A stretch of 64,000 nucleotides of DNA from Candidatus Latescibacterota bacterium (GCA_965207885.1 OZ242311.1:1728001-1792000); one strand, 5' to 3'; counted from the stretch's first letter, positions 9,446 to 19,222 are shown. The notes: generated by a model not told the origin, from the letters alone. Translations and numbers: made by a program.

Positions 9446-9901
9446 GTGGAAAAACAAAACAAGATTCAAATTTTGCTTGCTACTGCAGAAGAACGGAACA
9501 AAGCCATCCATATTATGCGTGAGCGCGTCCAAAAAACATGCATTGGAGTTATGGGTATTTTTTATGTAATGGCTGGCTGGTTCATCAAAGGCGGCGTGGA
9601 CTTAACTACAATTCAGAAATGGTTTCTGACAGGCGCGATTATTGTTGCTGTTCTATCCATACACTTTCGATATCTAAGGGATATCTTCCAAGGTTTCCAA
9701 GATCAGCAGCGTGTTTTAGCACGTATTGAAGAGGCCTTGAAATTATATAAGCCGGGTGTGTATGACAATAAGGACTCGGGATTGTTTCCGGTCTGTTGGA
9801 AAAAGACAGGTACCGATAAAGGGAAGGGGAAATTTTTTCGCAATAATTATTTATTGCTTTACATTGGTGCAATCGTATTGATCATATCCATTTGGTTTTG
9901 A
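9446..9901 (+). CDS. Small 3-TM membrane protein, candidate CBASS effector
   Basis: Three hydrophobic stretches (CIGVMGIFYVMAGWFI; WFLTGAIIVAVLSI; YLLLYIGAIVLIISIWF); 62 bp after the E2 gene, same strand. Confidence 0.6.
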   Translation: MEKQNKIQILLATAEERNKAIHIMRERVQKTCIGVMGIFYVMAGWFIKGGVDLTTIQKWFLTGAIIVAVLSIHFRYLRDIFQGFQDQQRVLARIEEALKLYKPGVYDNKDSGLFPVCWKKTGTDKGKGKFFRNNYLLLYIGAIVLIISIWF

Positions 9902-10081
9902 CTCATCTTATATTTATGGACGAATCATATAGCTGGCGGATGCTGCATTACAACCAAGACTGGAAACTGATCGCTCGGATTCCACCCGCACAATATCACT
10001 TGACATTATATATCTTGAAAGACGATAATAGGAAACGAGGGCTGCTTTTTCCATAATTATCCTATTTCAGGAGATGGTACA

Positions 10082-11416
10082 ATGCTGACGCAACGAGAAT
10101 TGGGACAGCGATTAAAAGGTGCACGTGAAACAATCGGGTTCACCCAACAGCAGGTTGCCGATGAGGTTGCGCTTACCCGTGTTGCAATTTCTCAAATCGA
10201 GTCTGGTCAACGGACGGTTAGTTCACTTGAACTCATGCATCTATCGCGTCTTTATGGGCGAGATATGGACAGTTTCTTAGAAGAAAAGCCTGTCGAAAAA
10301 GATGCGTTGGCTGTTCTATTTCGCGCTCATCCAGACCTTGTGCAAAATCGCATCTTCTATAATTCCTTGAGGAACGCGACTGAGCTCTTTCGAGAATATG
10401 GAAATCTAAAAAAACTGTTGGATATGGATCAGGAAAGGAATCTACCGCCTGTATATACCTATGGTGAACCCAAAAACATTTGGGAAGCCATTCAAATGGG
10501 CGAACATGCAGCAGAGGCGGAACGGAGTCGTCTCGGGTTGGGAATTGATCCCATACGCGACATGGCTGAATTGGTAGAATCTCAAGGGATACCGGTTATT
10601 GAAATCAGTTTGGACGATCAGATATCTGGTATCTTTATAGCCAATGCTGAAACGCAGTTGTGCATCTTCATCAACGAAGTGCATCTTGATAGGGCGAAAG
10701 CGCGAGTCGCATTTACCATAGCCCATGAATACGGTCACATATTGCTTGACCGGGATAAAGGCATTGCTATCAGCAAAATTTCAAATGACCGCGATTTATT
10801 CGAAGTGCGTGCGAATGCTTTTGCAGCGGCATTTCTTATGCCGGAAGAAGGTGTGAGTCAATTTCTAAAAAATATTGGCAAAGGTGCATCCAGCAGAGAA
10901 AGACTGTTGGCATACCCATTCCTATTAGCAGACAACGAGCAACCTGACCCTTTGGAACTGCCTGATGACAGTTTTATACCGCTCGTGGGACATCACCGTC
11001 GCTTAGCATCCTCACAGGTCATCACGCTTTACGATGTGGTCAAGCTCTATACATACTTTGGAACCAGCTTTGAAGCCGCCTTGTATAGATTGAGAAATAC
11101 CAAATTTCTTTCCGAAGAAGCATTTCATGAACTTTATCAGGAAAAAGAAAAAGCACGGCGAATTGCACAATATCTGAAAATTGAAGGAGAGCGAGAAATC
11201 CCCATAGACGAAGAAAGGCGAGAACACCCTTTTAGCAACTTTGCACTCAATTTCACGGGACTGGCTATCGAAGCCTATCGACGCGACAAAATCACTTATG
11301 ACAAATTGATCAATCTCGCAGAGCAAGTGAAATTTGATTCCGTAGTTATAGACGAAGTGCTACACTGCATGGGAATTAAAGACGATGGCGAAGAAGATGT
11401 CCATCTCCCGGAGTGA
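10082..11416 (+). CDS. XRE-family HTH fused to an ImmA/IrrE zinc metallopeptidase
   Basis: N-terminal LGQRLKGARE..TQQQVA...ISQIESGQR; FTIAHEYGH (HExxH); EVRANAFAAAFLMP. Confidence 0.9.
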   Translation: MLTQRELGQRLKGARETIGFTQQQVADEVALTRVAISQIESGQRTVSSLELMHLSRLYGRDMDSFLEEKPVEKDALAVLFRAHPDLVQNRIFYNSLRNATELFREYGNLKKLLDMDQERNLPPVYTYGEPKNIWEAIQMGEHAAEAERSRLGLGIDPIRDMAELVESQGIPVIEISLDDQISGIFIANAETQLCIFINEVHLDRAKARVAFTIAHEYGHILLDRDKGIAISKISNDRDLFEVRANAFAAAFLMPEEGVSQFLKNIGKGASSRERLLAYPFLLADNEQPDPLELPDDSFIPLVGHHRRLASSQVITLYDVVKLYTYFGTSFEAALYRLRNTKFLSEEAFHELYQEKEKARRIAQYLKIEGEREIPIDEERREHPFSNFALNFTGLAIEAYRRDKITYDKLINLAEQVKFDSVVIDEVLHCMGIKDDGEEDVHLPE

Positions 11417-11535
11417 TCTCATGCAGAATTTCGTATTTTGAGCTGGATCATTTCAGATTTTGGGTCAGATTTTGGGAAATTGCTTTCGTTGTATATTTTA
11501 GCTATAATACAACGAAATGTGTGTCGTAATATTTT

Positions 11536-12162
11536 ATGACAAGTTCAGAGGACTTGAAAATGTCTGATACTATCATGGTTGATACAAGTCTATTAGATAT
11601 TCCTGAGTTTAATGAGCGCAGGACAACGCAAGTTGCTGCTTTACTTGCACATTATTCTGGCGGTCAAATTAGTGTGTATAAACTTGTCAAATTGATATAC
11701 CTTATTGATAGAACCTCTTTGGAGCGTCGTGGTCGTCCCGTGACTTTTGACCGTCCGTATAATCTACCATTTGGGCCAACGCCAAGTCATACATACGATC
11801 TTGTTTGCAAACCCTGGGAAGGCGAATACTGGTCTCAATATTTTTCCAGACCACAAGGGTATATTATTAAACTAATTAAAGACGATATAAGCAGTGATGA
11901 ACTATCACAAGCACAAATTGATCTGATAAATGATGTATTTAAGAAATTTGGAAATAAATCCTTTGGGCAATTAAAGAACCACCTGCACTCTCTACCAGAG
12001 TTTGATGATCCAGGGGGTTCATCTAATCCCATAGATTGGAATACCTTGCTTAAAGCTACAGGATGGTCTGACGAGGATTTAATAACAATCAGGCAAGAAT
12101 TTGACGCAAAAGCAAAGTTTGAAAATATGCTTAGAAATATGGAGAATGATAATACGAGATAA
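11536..12162 (+). CDS. Panacea (SocA/DUF4065) domain antitoxin
   Basis: KLVKLIYLIDR...GRPVT.D...LPFGPTPS..YD...L....H..PE. Confidence 0.8.
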   Translation: MTSSEDLKMSDTIMVDTSLLDIPEFNERRTTQVAALLAHYSGGQISVYKLVKLIYLIDRTSLERRGRPVTFDRPYNLPFGPTPSHTYDLVCKPWEGEYWSQYFSRPQGYIIKLIKDDISSDELSQAQIDLINDVFKKFGNKSFGQLKNHLHSLPEFDDPGGSSNPIDWNTLLKATGWSDEDLITIRQEFDAKAKFENMLRNMENDNTR

Positions 12163-12164
12163 AT

Positions 12165-12530
12165 ATGTCATTAGCTGGAAGATGCGTATGGCTTGATGAT
12201 CGGGGCGGTGGGCACTTATATTTGTTTTTAACAGAGTGTGTAGGCAATCCACCACAAACAATAATGGTGAATGTAACTTCATGGCGTAGAGGCTTAGATG
12301 AAACATGCATACTCTCGCCTAACGACCATCCAAATATCAGTAAAAAATCAATTATCTACTATGAGGATGCTTGTCTAATTGAAGAATGGAGAAGCAAAAT
12401 CATCCTACGTGACTGTAGCAACGCACCGCCTATATCACAGGAACTATTGGTCAAAATTCAACAGGGACTTTGCCAATCAGGTGAGACACCACCAACAGTA
12501 AAAGACTTTTATCAAAAACACCATACATAA
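12165..12530 (+). CDS. Putative toxin (MazF/PemK-like fold) paired with the Panacea antitoxin
   Basis: 2 bp after the antitoxin; HLYLFL...VNVTS...DETCIL...HP.I.K.S.I.Y..A pattern. Confidence 0.55.
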   Translation: MSLAGRCVWLDDRGGGHLYLFLTECVGNPPQTIMVNVTSWRRGLDETCILSPNDHPNISKKSIIYYEDACLIEEWRSKIILRDCSNAPPISQELLVKIQQGLCQSGETPPTVKDFYQKHHT

Positions 12531-12571
12531 ATATCACACATCCGCCAGTACTTTCCCTCAAAATGAAAAAC

Positions 12572-12607
12572 AAAAGGTCGTGAGGAATAAATCCCCACGA
12601 CCTTTTT
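12572..12607. terminator. Bidirectional rho-independent terminator
   Basis: AAAAGGTCGTG...CACGACCTTTTT hairpin between the convergent toxin gene and tRNA. Confidence 0.75.
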
Positions 12608-12633
12608 CATATTAAAAAAACACTATTATTTTT

Positions 12634-12709
12634 TGGTGACCCCGAGGGGAGTCGAACCCCCGTCTCCAGAGTGAGAGTCTGGTGTCCTAGGCCACTGAAC
12701 GACGGGGTC
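12634..12709 (-). tRNA. tRNA-Glu (CTC)
   Basis: GACCCCG acceptor stem, anticodon arm CCAGA-CTCTCAC-TCTGG, TTCGA loop, encoded CCA. Confidence 0.97.
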
Positions 12710-12764
12710 ACTCACAACATGATGGCGACAACCTAATAAAGTTCGATACTTTTGTCAAGCCTCC

Positions 12765-14015
12765 CTACTCCACAAGCGCCTTGTAAACCAGAGGCTGGAA
12801 AGGCCGCGTAATATTGCCCGATCCGCGCAACTGGGTCCACACCATAGAAACCATCTCATTTTGCGGATCAATCCAGAAATGCGTCTTGGCAATACCCGAC
12901 CAGTAATACGTCCCATTCCTATCCTCCCACGCCGTCTCCGTCTCATCTACAATCACAGAAAAACCGTACCCAAAACCATCGCTCTTGCGCCGGCGGTGTC
13001 GGTAACGTGCCGTCTCCGGCAAATGATTAGCCGTCATAAGCTGGATCGTCTCCGGCTTCAAAATACGCGTACCGTACAACGCACCCCCATTGAGCAACAT
13101 CTGAGAAAAACGGAGATAATCCCGAGCCGTACTCACCAACCCACCACCACCGGACTCCCGCGCATCGCGCCGCATATTGCTCTGACGGTTGCGTGCCCTG
13201 AAATTGCCCTCATCGTCCTTTCCATACAGCGTAGCCATGCGATCGCGCTTCTCCTCTGGCACGTAAAAACCCGTATCGACCATCTCCAAAGGCACAAAAA
13301 TGCGCTGCGAGAAAAACGCTCCCAAAGACATACCCGAAGCAACCTCAACCACGCGACCAAGAATATCAGTCGCCACGCTGTAGAGCCATCGGGTACCGGG
13401 CTGAAAGCGCAGGGGAAGCTGAGCCACCTTTTGGGCATATTTGACATTTGATCTAATCGAATACAAATCCGCAATCCGATAAAGCGTATCCACGGATGTC
13501 TGCCCAAAAATGCCATACGTCAAACCAGACGTATGCGTGAGCAAATCCGCAATCGTTATCTCGTGCTCGATCGGCACCAGAACGGGACTCTCGGTCCCGC
13601 CACCCGTATAAACCTTTGTATCGGCAAACTCGGGAATAAACTTAGACACCGGATCGTCCAGCTTCAGCTTGCCCGCTTCGTAAAGCATCATAATTGCAAC
13701 ACTGGTAACCGGTTTGGTCATAGAATAAATGCGAAAAAGCGTATCCTCCGTCATCGGCTTATTCAATTCCCTATCGCGCAAACCCGCAGTCTCGAAATGC
13801 ACAATCTTGCCCTTTCGGGCGATCAGCGTCAAAACACCGGCAAACTTCCCAGAATCCACCAGTGCTTGCATTGCGGGCTGAATCTTCGCAAGACGCTCTG
13901 CAGAAAACCCCAACTCTGCGGGATCTCCCTGGGGAATTTCAGCAGCAAAAATCGGGTGTAAGAACAGAAAAACAGCCAGCAGAGCAAACAGGCTACGTTT
14001 TAGAAAGCACGTCAT
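12765..14015 (-). CDS. Secreted serine hydrolase, beta-lactamase/esterase family
   Basis: Signal peptide; FRIYSMTK (SxxK); LLTHTSG; WLYS. Confidence 0.9.
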   Translation of the reverse strand: MTCFLKRSLFALLAVFLFLHPIFAAEIPQGDPAELGFSAERLAKIQPAMQALVDSGKFAGVLTLIARKGKIVHFETAGLRDRELNKPMTEDTLFRIYSMTKPVTSVAIMMLYEAGKLKLDDPVSKFIPEFADTKVYTGGGTESPVLVPIEHEITIADLLTHTSGLTYGIFGQTSVDTLYRIADLYSIRSNVKYAQKVAQLPLRFQPGTRWLYSVATDILGRVVEVASGMSLGAFFSQRIFVPLEMVDTGFYVPEEKRDRMATLYGKDDEGNFRARNRQSNMRRDARESGGGGLVSTARDYLRFSQMLLNGGALYGTRILKPETIQLMTANHLPETARYRHRRRKSDGFGYGFSVIVDETETAWEDRNGTYYWSGIAKTHFWIDPQNEMVSMVWTQLRGSGNITRPFQPLVYKALVE

Positions 14016-14042
14016 ATAACTCCCCGCCTTTACTTTGAAAAA

Positions 14043-14074
14043 AAAAGGGTTACACCATTGCGATGTAACCCCTT
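14043..14074 (-). terminator. Terminator after tRNA-Arg
   Basis: AAGGGTTACA...TGTAACCCCTT hairpin with poly-U on the minus strand. Confidence 0.7.
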
Positions 14075-14083
14075 CTCCTTATC

Positions 14084-14160
14084 TGGTGCGGATGCCAGGA
14101 TTCGAACCCGGAACCGTCTGATCCGTAGTCAGGTGCTCTATCCAGTTGAGCTACATCCGC
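14084..14160 (-). tRNA. tRNA-Arg (ACG)
   Basis: GCGGATG acceptor stem, anticodon loop CTACGGA, TTCGAAT, CCA end. Confidence 0.97.
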
Positions 14161-14352
14161 TAAAATCAAGAACTTAAGTATATTTGAGACAACACAATGT
14201 CATAAGACGAATAAAAGTATCAAAACTGCCAAATACTGTCAAGCGGAAACGGGCTATTATCCCGGAGAGCGAGTGGCGATAGTGTTTTGGGTTGCCCTCA
14301 ACGTCGAAATGTATAATCATAGGGAAAAGATGAGCGATGAACGGTCAGCTAA

Positions 14353-14393
14353 AAACCTTCTGGATCGCGGCTCAAAATCATGCCGCGATGACA
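14353..14393. repeat. Dispersed palindromic element A, copy 1
   Basis: AAACCTTCTGGATCGCGGCTCAAAATCATGCCGCGATGACA; identical to 50721-50761. Confidence 0.9.
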
Positions 14394-14451
14394 AATGAAG
14401 AGATTGCTGTCGCATTTTTACTATTGATCACTAATTATCGAGGAACCACTC

Positions 14452-15597
14452 ATGAACCTTGAAACGCAATTGATCCACGCAGGTGAAGAAGAAAAAAAAT
14501 ACGAAGGCGCGGTCGCGCTACCCGTATTTCAGAGCGCCACATTTTCATATAGCAGTGAAGACAGTTATCACGACATAAAATATCTTCGTCTGAACAACAC
14601 CCCCAATCACACCGTAGTCCATGAAAAACTGGCGCAAATCGCGGGCGGAGAAGCCGCCGTAGTCACCGCATCGGGCATGGCAGCCATAACCACCGCCCTA
14701 TTAACCGTATTAAAAAAAGGCGACCACCTCCTCGCACAAAATTGCCTCTACGGCGGAACGCGAGTCTTTTTGGCACGCGACATCGCCGACTTCGGGATCG
14801 ACGTGGATTTCGTATCCGGAAACGCGCCACATGAATGGGAAAAACTCATCCGCCCCGAAACCCGCGCCATCTATGTCGAAACCATGAGCAACCCCCTCCT
14901 GGAAGTCGCCGACCTCCCATCCGTCGTCGCCTTTGCCCAAACCCACAACCTCATCTCCATGATCGACAACACCTTTGCCTCCCCGGTAAACTTCCGCCCC
15001 CTGCAAATCGGCTTTGACCTCTCCTTGCACAGCTGCACAAAATATCTGAACGGACATTCGGATATCGTCGCTGGCTGCGCAATTGGATCGCACGATCTAA
15101 TCACCCGCATTGTGCATCGACTGAACATCATGGGCGGCTGCCTGGACCCACACGCCTGCTCTCTCTTATTGCGCGGCATGAAAACACTCGCCCTGCGCGT
15201 GGAAAAACAAAACGAAAACGCACACGCACTATCTTCTTTCCTGGAGAACCACCCCGCCGTAGAACGCGTAAATTACCCGGGCTTATCCACCCATCCACAA
15301 CACAACTGTGCCCAAAAGCTATTTAACGGATGTGGCGGAGTATTGAGCTTTGAAGTAGCTGGCGACAGCCGCGTAGCTGATGCGGTAATATCGAAACTAC
15401 AATTGCCAATCTCCGCACCCAGCCTGGGCGGCATCGAAACACTGATCACCCGCCCCGTCCAAACATCACACTCCGGACTCACCGAAGAAGAACGCCGCGC
15501 CGCAGGAATCTCCGAGCGACTGATCCGCGTAGCAGTCGGCATCGAAGCCGCAGAGGACTTATGCGCGGACTTTGAGCAGGCTCTGAGAGGCGTATAG
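14452..15597 (+). CDS. PLP-dependent Cys/Met metabolism lyase (cystathionine gamma-synthase/lyase family)
   Basis: SGMAAI, DNTFASP, HSCTKYLNGHSD, SLGG.E. Confidence 0.92.
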   Translation: MNLETQLIHAGEEEKKYEGAVALPVFQSATFSYSSEDSYHDIKYLRLNNTPNHTVVHEKLAQIAGGEAAVVTASGMAAITTALLTVLKKGDHLLAQNCLYGGTRVFLARDIADFGIDVDFVSGNAPHEWEKLIRPETRAIYVETMSNPLLEVADLPSVVAFAQTHNLISMIDNTFASPVNFRPLQIGFDLSLHSCTKYLNGHSDIVAGCAIGSHDLITRIVHRLNIMGGCLDPHACSLLLRGMKTLALRVEKQNENAHALSSFLENHPAVERVNYPGLSTHPQHNCAQKLFNGCGGVLSFEVAGDSRVADAVISKLQLPISAPSLGGIETLITRPVQTSHSGLTEEERRAAGISERLIRVAVGIEAAEDLCADFEQALRGV

Positions 15598-15612
15598 CTA
15601 AGGAGAAACCAT

Positions 15613-16434
15613 ATGCCCGATAAAATCAAAATTGGAATGCTGAAAGCCATGCCCGAAAAATGGAATGTCGAGAAAAATTGGGCGATATTTGAAAAACAAT
15701 TTGAATCACATGGAAAAGATACAGACGTATTCATAACCCCGGAATGCTTCCTGGACGGATATTCAGTAACCGAAAAAAATTGGACCGCTGAGCGCTTTGC
15801 CAAAGTCGCTCAGGACGTCGAGCAAAGCGCGTACATCCAACAGGTATGCAAAATGGCACGCGCATCGCGCACCCACATCGTTTTTGGATACACTGAAAAA
15901 CGCGCGGGATATTTTTACAATGCCGCTATATTAGTGAACCGCGCGGGAAAAATTGTCGGCACATATTACAAAACGCATCTACAATCGCACGATCACCGCT
16001 TTGTGCGCGGCGATGACCTGCCCGTATTCGACCTCGACATTGGCACCGTGGGCATAGTCATTTGCGCGGACCGCCGATGGCCCGAATCGATTCGCACATT
16101 GCGGCTCAAAGGCGCAAAAATCTGTCTCATGCCAACCTATGGCATGTGGCATGAAGAAAATGAATGGTGGATGCGCACGCGATCCTATGAAAATCAGATG
16201 TTTGTGTGCTTCACGCATCCCAATGTCGCCCTGATCACAGACCCACACGGCAAAGTCGCGGCAAAATTGCAATCCAACGTACCCGACGTGTTAATCCACA
16301 AGGTCGATCTCAAAGACGCATCGGATGAAAACCATCTGAGCGACCGGCGCCCCGAACTCTACAGGGTAATGGGAAAAGTTGACCACTGGTCGCAGCAGCC
16401 CGAATTTTCATCGCCCACCTACGGAGGGAAATAA
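15613..16434 (+). CDS. Carbon-nitrogen hydrolase (nitrilase superfamily)
   Basis: E-K-C triad: TPECF, YYKTHL, ICADR. Confidence 0.88.
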   Translation: MPDKIKIGMLKAMPEKWNVEKNWAIFEKQFESHGKDTDVFITPECFLDGYSVTEKNWTAERFAKVAQDVEQSAYIQQVCKMARASRTHIVFGYTEKRAGYFYNAAILVNRAGKIVGTYYKTHLQSHDHRFVRGDDLPVFDLDIGTVGIVICADRRWPESIRTLRLKGAKICLMPTYGMWHEENEWWMRTRSYENQMFVCFTHPNVALITDPHGKVAAKLQSNVPDVLIHKVDLKDASDENHLSDRRPELYRVMGKVDHWSQQPEFSSPTYGGK

Positions 16435-16437
16435 CCC

Positions 16438-17487
16438 ATGTATCGCATTGGACTCATTGGCAATCGGGCGCACCAGAACAGTTACGGCCCGATCTGGCAT
16501 GAACGAGAAGATTGCAAAATCGTCGCAGCGGCAGAGCACCACAAAGGCAAAGGCGAGGCACTATCTCAACTCTACGGCCTTGAGGTCGCGCGAGAATACG
16601 ACGCAGTACTGGAAGACCCGAACGTGGATATCGTCTCCATCTGCACGGACTTTTATCTCAAACGCACCCTGATCAAAAAAGCACTCGACTGTGGCAAACA
16701 CGTCCTGGTCGATAAAGCCATCGCGCGAACCGTTGTCGAAGCCAGAGAATTAGTCGATACTGTCGCCGGCGCATCAAACAAAGTACTGCTAACCTATCCT
16801 TCGCGATTTTCGCCCGCGATGATAAGACTCAAAGAAGCCCTTGACCGGAGCGAATACGGACATATCTCCGCGTATGCCCACAACAGCGTAAAACAATTTT
16901 TTGGCGACCTCATGGCATACGTAAGCTATCCGACGCCAGCCGTGCAAAATGGCGGGGGTGAACTGATGAATTTGGGCAGCCATACCGTAGATGCTCTGCT
17001 CTGGTTTTTTGGCATGCCCAACAGGGTGAATTGCCAAATGCAAAATCTCTATTTTGAGGAATACGCGCAATTTGGCACAGAAGACATCGCCACGCTCTGG
17101 TGTGAATATCCCGATTTCACGGCAACACTCACCGCGGGACGATCAAAGGCGCGAAGCGAAGATGCCACATTCGATTGCGTCAACATCACGGGCGAAGGCG
17201 CTTGGGTTCAGGTAGATCGCCTGGGATATTCCGTCAACGGACAACTCGTCGATACACCACCGCCCAGAGCAGCGGGATTGGCAGCATGTGTGTCGCATCT
17301 CATCGACTGCATCGAGCAAGACGCAAAACCCGTCACCAGTGCAGAAGACGGACTATCCGTTGCCCTGCTCACAACAGCCGCCTATCAAGCCGCACACACA
17401 GGCGAACCAGTCACCTTGCCCTTGCAAAATGAACAACATCCTCTCATCACAACAGAGGACCATGTGGTTAATCGTTTACTAGATTGA
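16438..17487 (+). CDS. Gfo/Idh/MocA oxidoreductase
   Basis: N-terminal Rossmann fold, GKHVLVDK, GGGELMNLGSH. Confidence 0.85.
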   Translation: MYRIGLIGNRAHQNSYGPIWHEREDCKIVAAAEHHKGKGEALSQLYGLEVAREYDAVLEDPNVDIVSICTDFYLKRTLIKKALDCGKHVLVDKAIARTVVEARELVDTVAGASNKVLLTYPSRFSPAMIRLKEALDRSEYGHISAYAHNSVKQFFGDLMAYVSYPTPAVQNGGGELMNLGSHTVDALLWFFGMPNRVNCQMQNLYFEEYAQFGTEDIATLWCEYPDFTATLTAGRSKARSEDATFDCVNITGEGAWVQVDRLGYSVNGQLVDTPPPRAAGLAACVSHLIDCIEQDAKPVTSAEDGLSVALLTTAAYQAAHTGEPVTLPLQNEQHPLITTEDHVVNRLLD

Positions 17488-17499
17488 AAAGTCTGACCA

Positions 17500-17868
17500 T
17501 TAGACCTGCAAGGCCATTGGAACAACTTTTGAACGTCGTATGGTGCGATCGCGTGTGAGCAATGGAATATCATGAACGACGCTGGTAGCGGCAATAAGTT
17601 CGTCCGCAGGGTCGCTTCGAAAGTCGAGTTGAGTTGAGGCACGCGCAACAGCAAGATCAATCGGCCACACATGCAGACGGCTCAGTGTGCGGACCACATC
17701 TCGGTCATCGAGGTCCATATCAAGACGACCGAGTTGAACGAGCTTAGCCAGTTCCCAGAACACAATGGCTGAAACAGACCACCTGTTCTGCGACAACAAG
17801 GCCTGCTCGGCTGGTCGAAGATCGCCACTGACCGCGAAGATAAGGATATGCGTATCAAGATTGAGCAT
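17500..17868 (-). CDS. vapC: VapC PIN-domain toxin
   Basis: MLNLDTHIL...SAIVFWE...DPADELIAAT...LLTRD. Confidence 0.88.
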   Translation of the reverse strand: MLNLDTHILIFAVSGDLRPAEQALLSQNRWSVSAIVFWELAKLVQLGRLDMDLDDRDVVRTLSRLHVWPIDLAVARASTQLDFRSDPADELIAATSVVHDIPLLTRDRTIRRSKVVPMALQV

Positions 17869-18079
17869 CTGCTTCCCATTGGACGTCGGTCGTAAAGATG
17901 TCGCCACGAACCTTGACTTTGTGACGCAAACTGCCGATCAGATCAGCGCACAATTGGTCATAAGGTATGACGCACGCGACCGGCTTGCCGCGTTTGGTAA
18001 CGACCAAACCTTCGGCATCCAATTGATCCAACAAGGCCAGACACTGCTCCTTGAACTTTGAGACTCCAATTGTTTTCAT
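17855..18079 (-). CDS. Phd/YefM antitoxin
   Basis: MKTIGVSKFKEQCLALLD...VTKRGKPVA; overlaps the vapC start. Confidence 0.88.
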   Translation of the reverse strand: MKTIGVSKFKEQCLALLDQLDAEGLVVTKRGKPVACVIPYDQLCADLIGSLRHKVKVRGDIFTTDVQWEADAQS

Positions 18080-18181
18080 ATCGTATGCTCCGTTTGAATT
18101 TATCATAATATATAACTGGTCATTCTATTTGTCCATTTGAATGTAAATAAATCGTTTTTTATTTTCCATAGGAGGGACAAG

Positions 18182-19222
18182 ATGAACACGTACCGCGCTG
18201 TAATCGTAGGATTGACGGGTATTGGTGCCAGCCGCCCGCACGAAACGAGAGGACCTGTTTTCGGTGCCATGCCACCGTCTCACGCATCGGCATATCACAA
18301 ACACGCACAGACAGAAGTCGTCGGCGTATGCGACCTGCGCCAGGAGGTACTGGATGACTTCTGCGAGCGATGGGGCGACGTCTGGCCCGATGTGAACACG
18401 TACACAGATTTCAGGGAAATGCTGGACAAAGAGCAGCCCGACCTCGTCAGTGTCGTGACATCTGATCACGCACACGCCGACATCACAGTAGCCGCCGCCG
18501 AAGGATCGGCACAGGCAATCCTGTGTGAAAAACCCATTGCCACAACCATGGACGACGCCGACCGCATGATCGCAGCCGCCGAAGCAAATAACGTACCGCT
18601 CTCGATAGAACACACGCGCCGCTGGTATCCGAGTTATCTACAAGCACGGGAAATGATCCGATCCGGCGAAATGGGCCGTTTGCGAACCATCGTCTGCGAC
18701 CAATTCGGAACGCGCGCCATGATGTTCCGCAACGGCACGCACATGATCGACATGATGTGCTTCTTTGCCGAAGCGAACCCCGAATGGCTGGTCGGCGAAC
18801 TGGAACCCGGCTTCGAGCACTTCACCGAATACAAAGGCGATGGCGGACACGATCCAGCGACCGACCCTTATGCCTCTGCGTACATCCATTTTGACAATGA
18901 CGTACGCGCATTTTACAACTGCCACAAAATGGCGTTTAACGGATCAAAATTTTCTCTAACCTGTGAAAATGGACGGATTGAAATCTCAGATCAAAAATTT
19001 GAGGTTATTACCCCACAAGAACCGCGCTGGTGGTCGCATGCAGCAGTCCCCGTAGAGCCGTATATATCGATCCGACAAATTGGCGCAGTCTCGGAACTCA
19101 TCCACGTCCTGGAAAACGGCGGCACACTCGTCTCGCCCGCCCGCGAAGCCAGAAAAACACTTCAAATCATGCTGGGCATATTGGACTCGCATCACGCGGG
19201 CAATCTGCGGGTCAATCTCTAA
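18182..19222 (+). CDS. Gfo/Idh/MocA oxidoreductase
   Basis: ILCEKPIA, HTRRW, NGTHMID; ATG 18182 with GGAGG RBS. Confidence 0.88.
   Translation: MNTYRAVIVGLTGIGASRPHETRGPVFGAMPPSHASAYHKHAQTEVVGVCDLRQEVLDDFCERWGDVWPDVNTYTDFREMLDKEQPDLVSVVTSDHAHADITVAAAEGSAQAILCEKPIATTMDDADRMIAAAEANNVPLSIEHTRRWYPSYLQAREMIRSGEMGRLRTIVCDQFGTRAMMFRNGTHMIDMMCFFAEANPEWLVGELEPGFEHFTEYKGDGGHDPATDPYASAYIHFDNDVRAFYNCHKMAFNGSKFSLTCENGRIEISDQKFEVITPQEPRWWSHAAVPVEPYISIRQIGAVSELIHVLENGGTLVSPAREARKTLQIMLGILDSHHAGNLRVNL

Noticed and set aside
11397-11441. 14-codon ORF overlapping the HTH-peptidase stop, possibly the start of a lost PIN gene
   Set aside because: Too short to support homology.
12765-14015. Antibiotic-resistance beta-lactamase
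   Set aside because: Motifs fit the broad esterase/serine hydrolase family; nothing is specific for AmpC.
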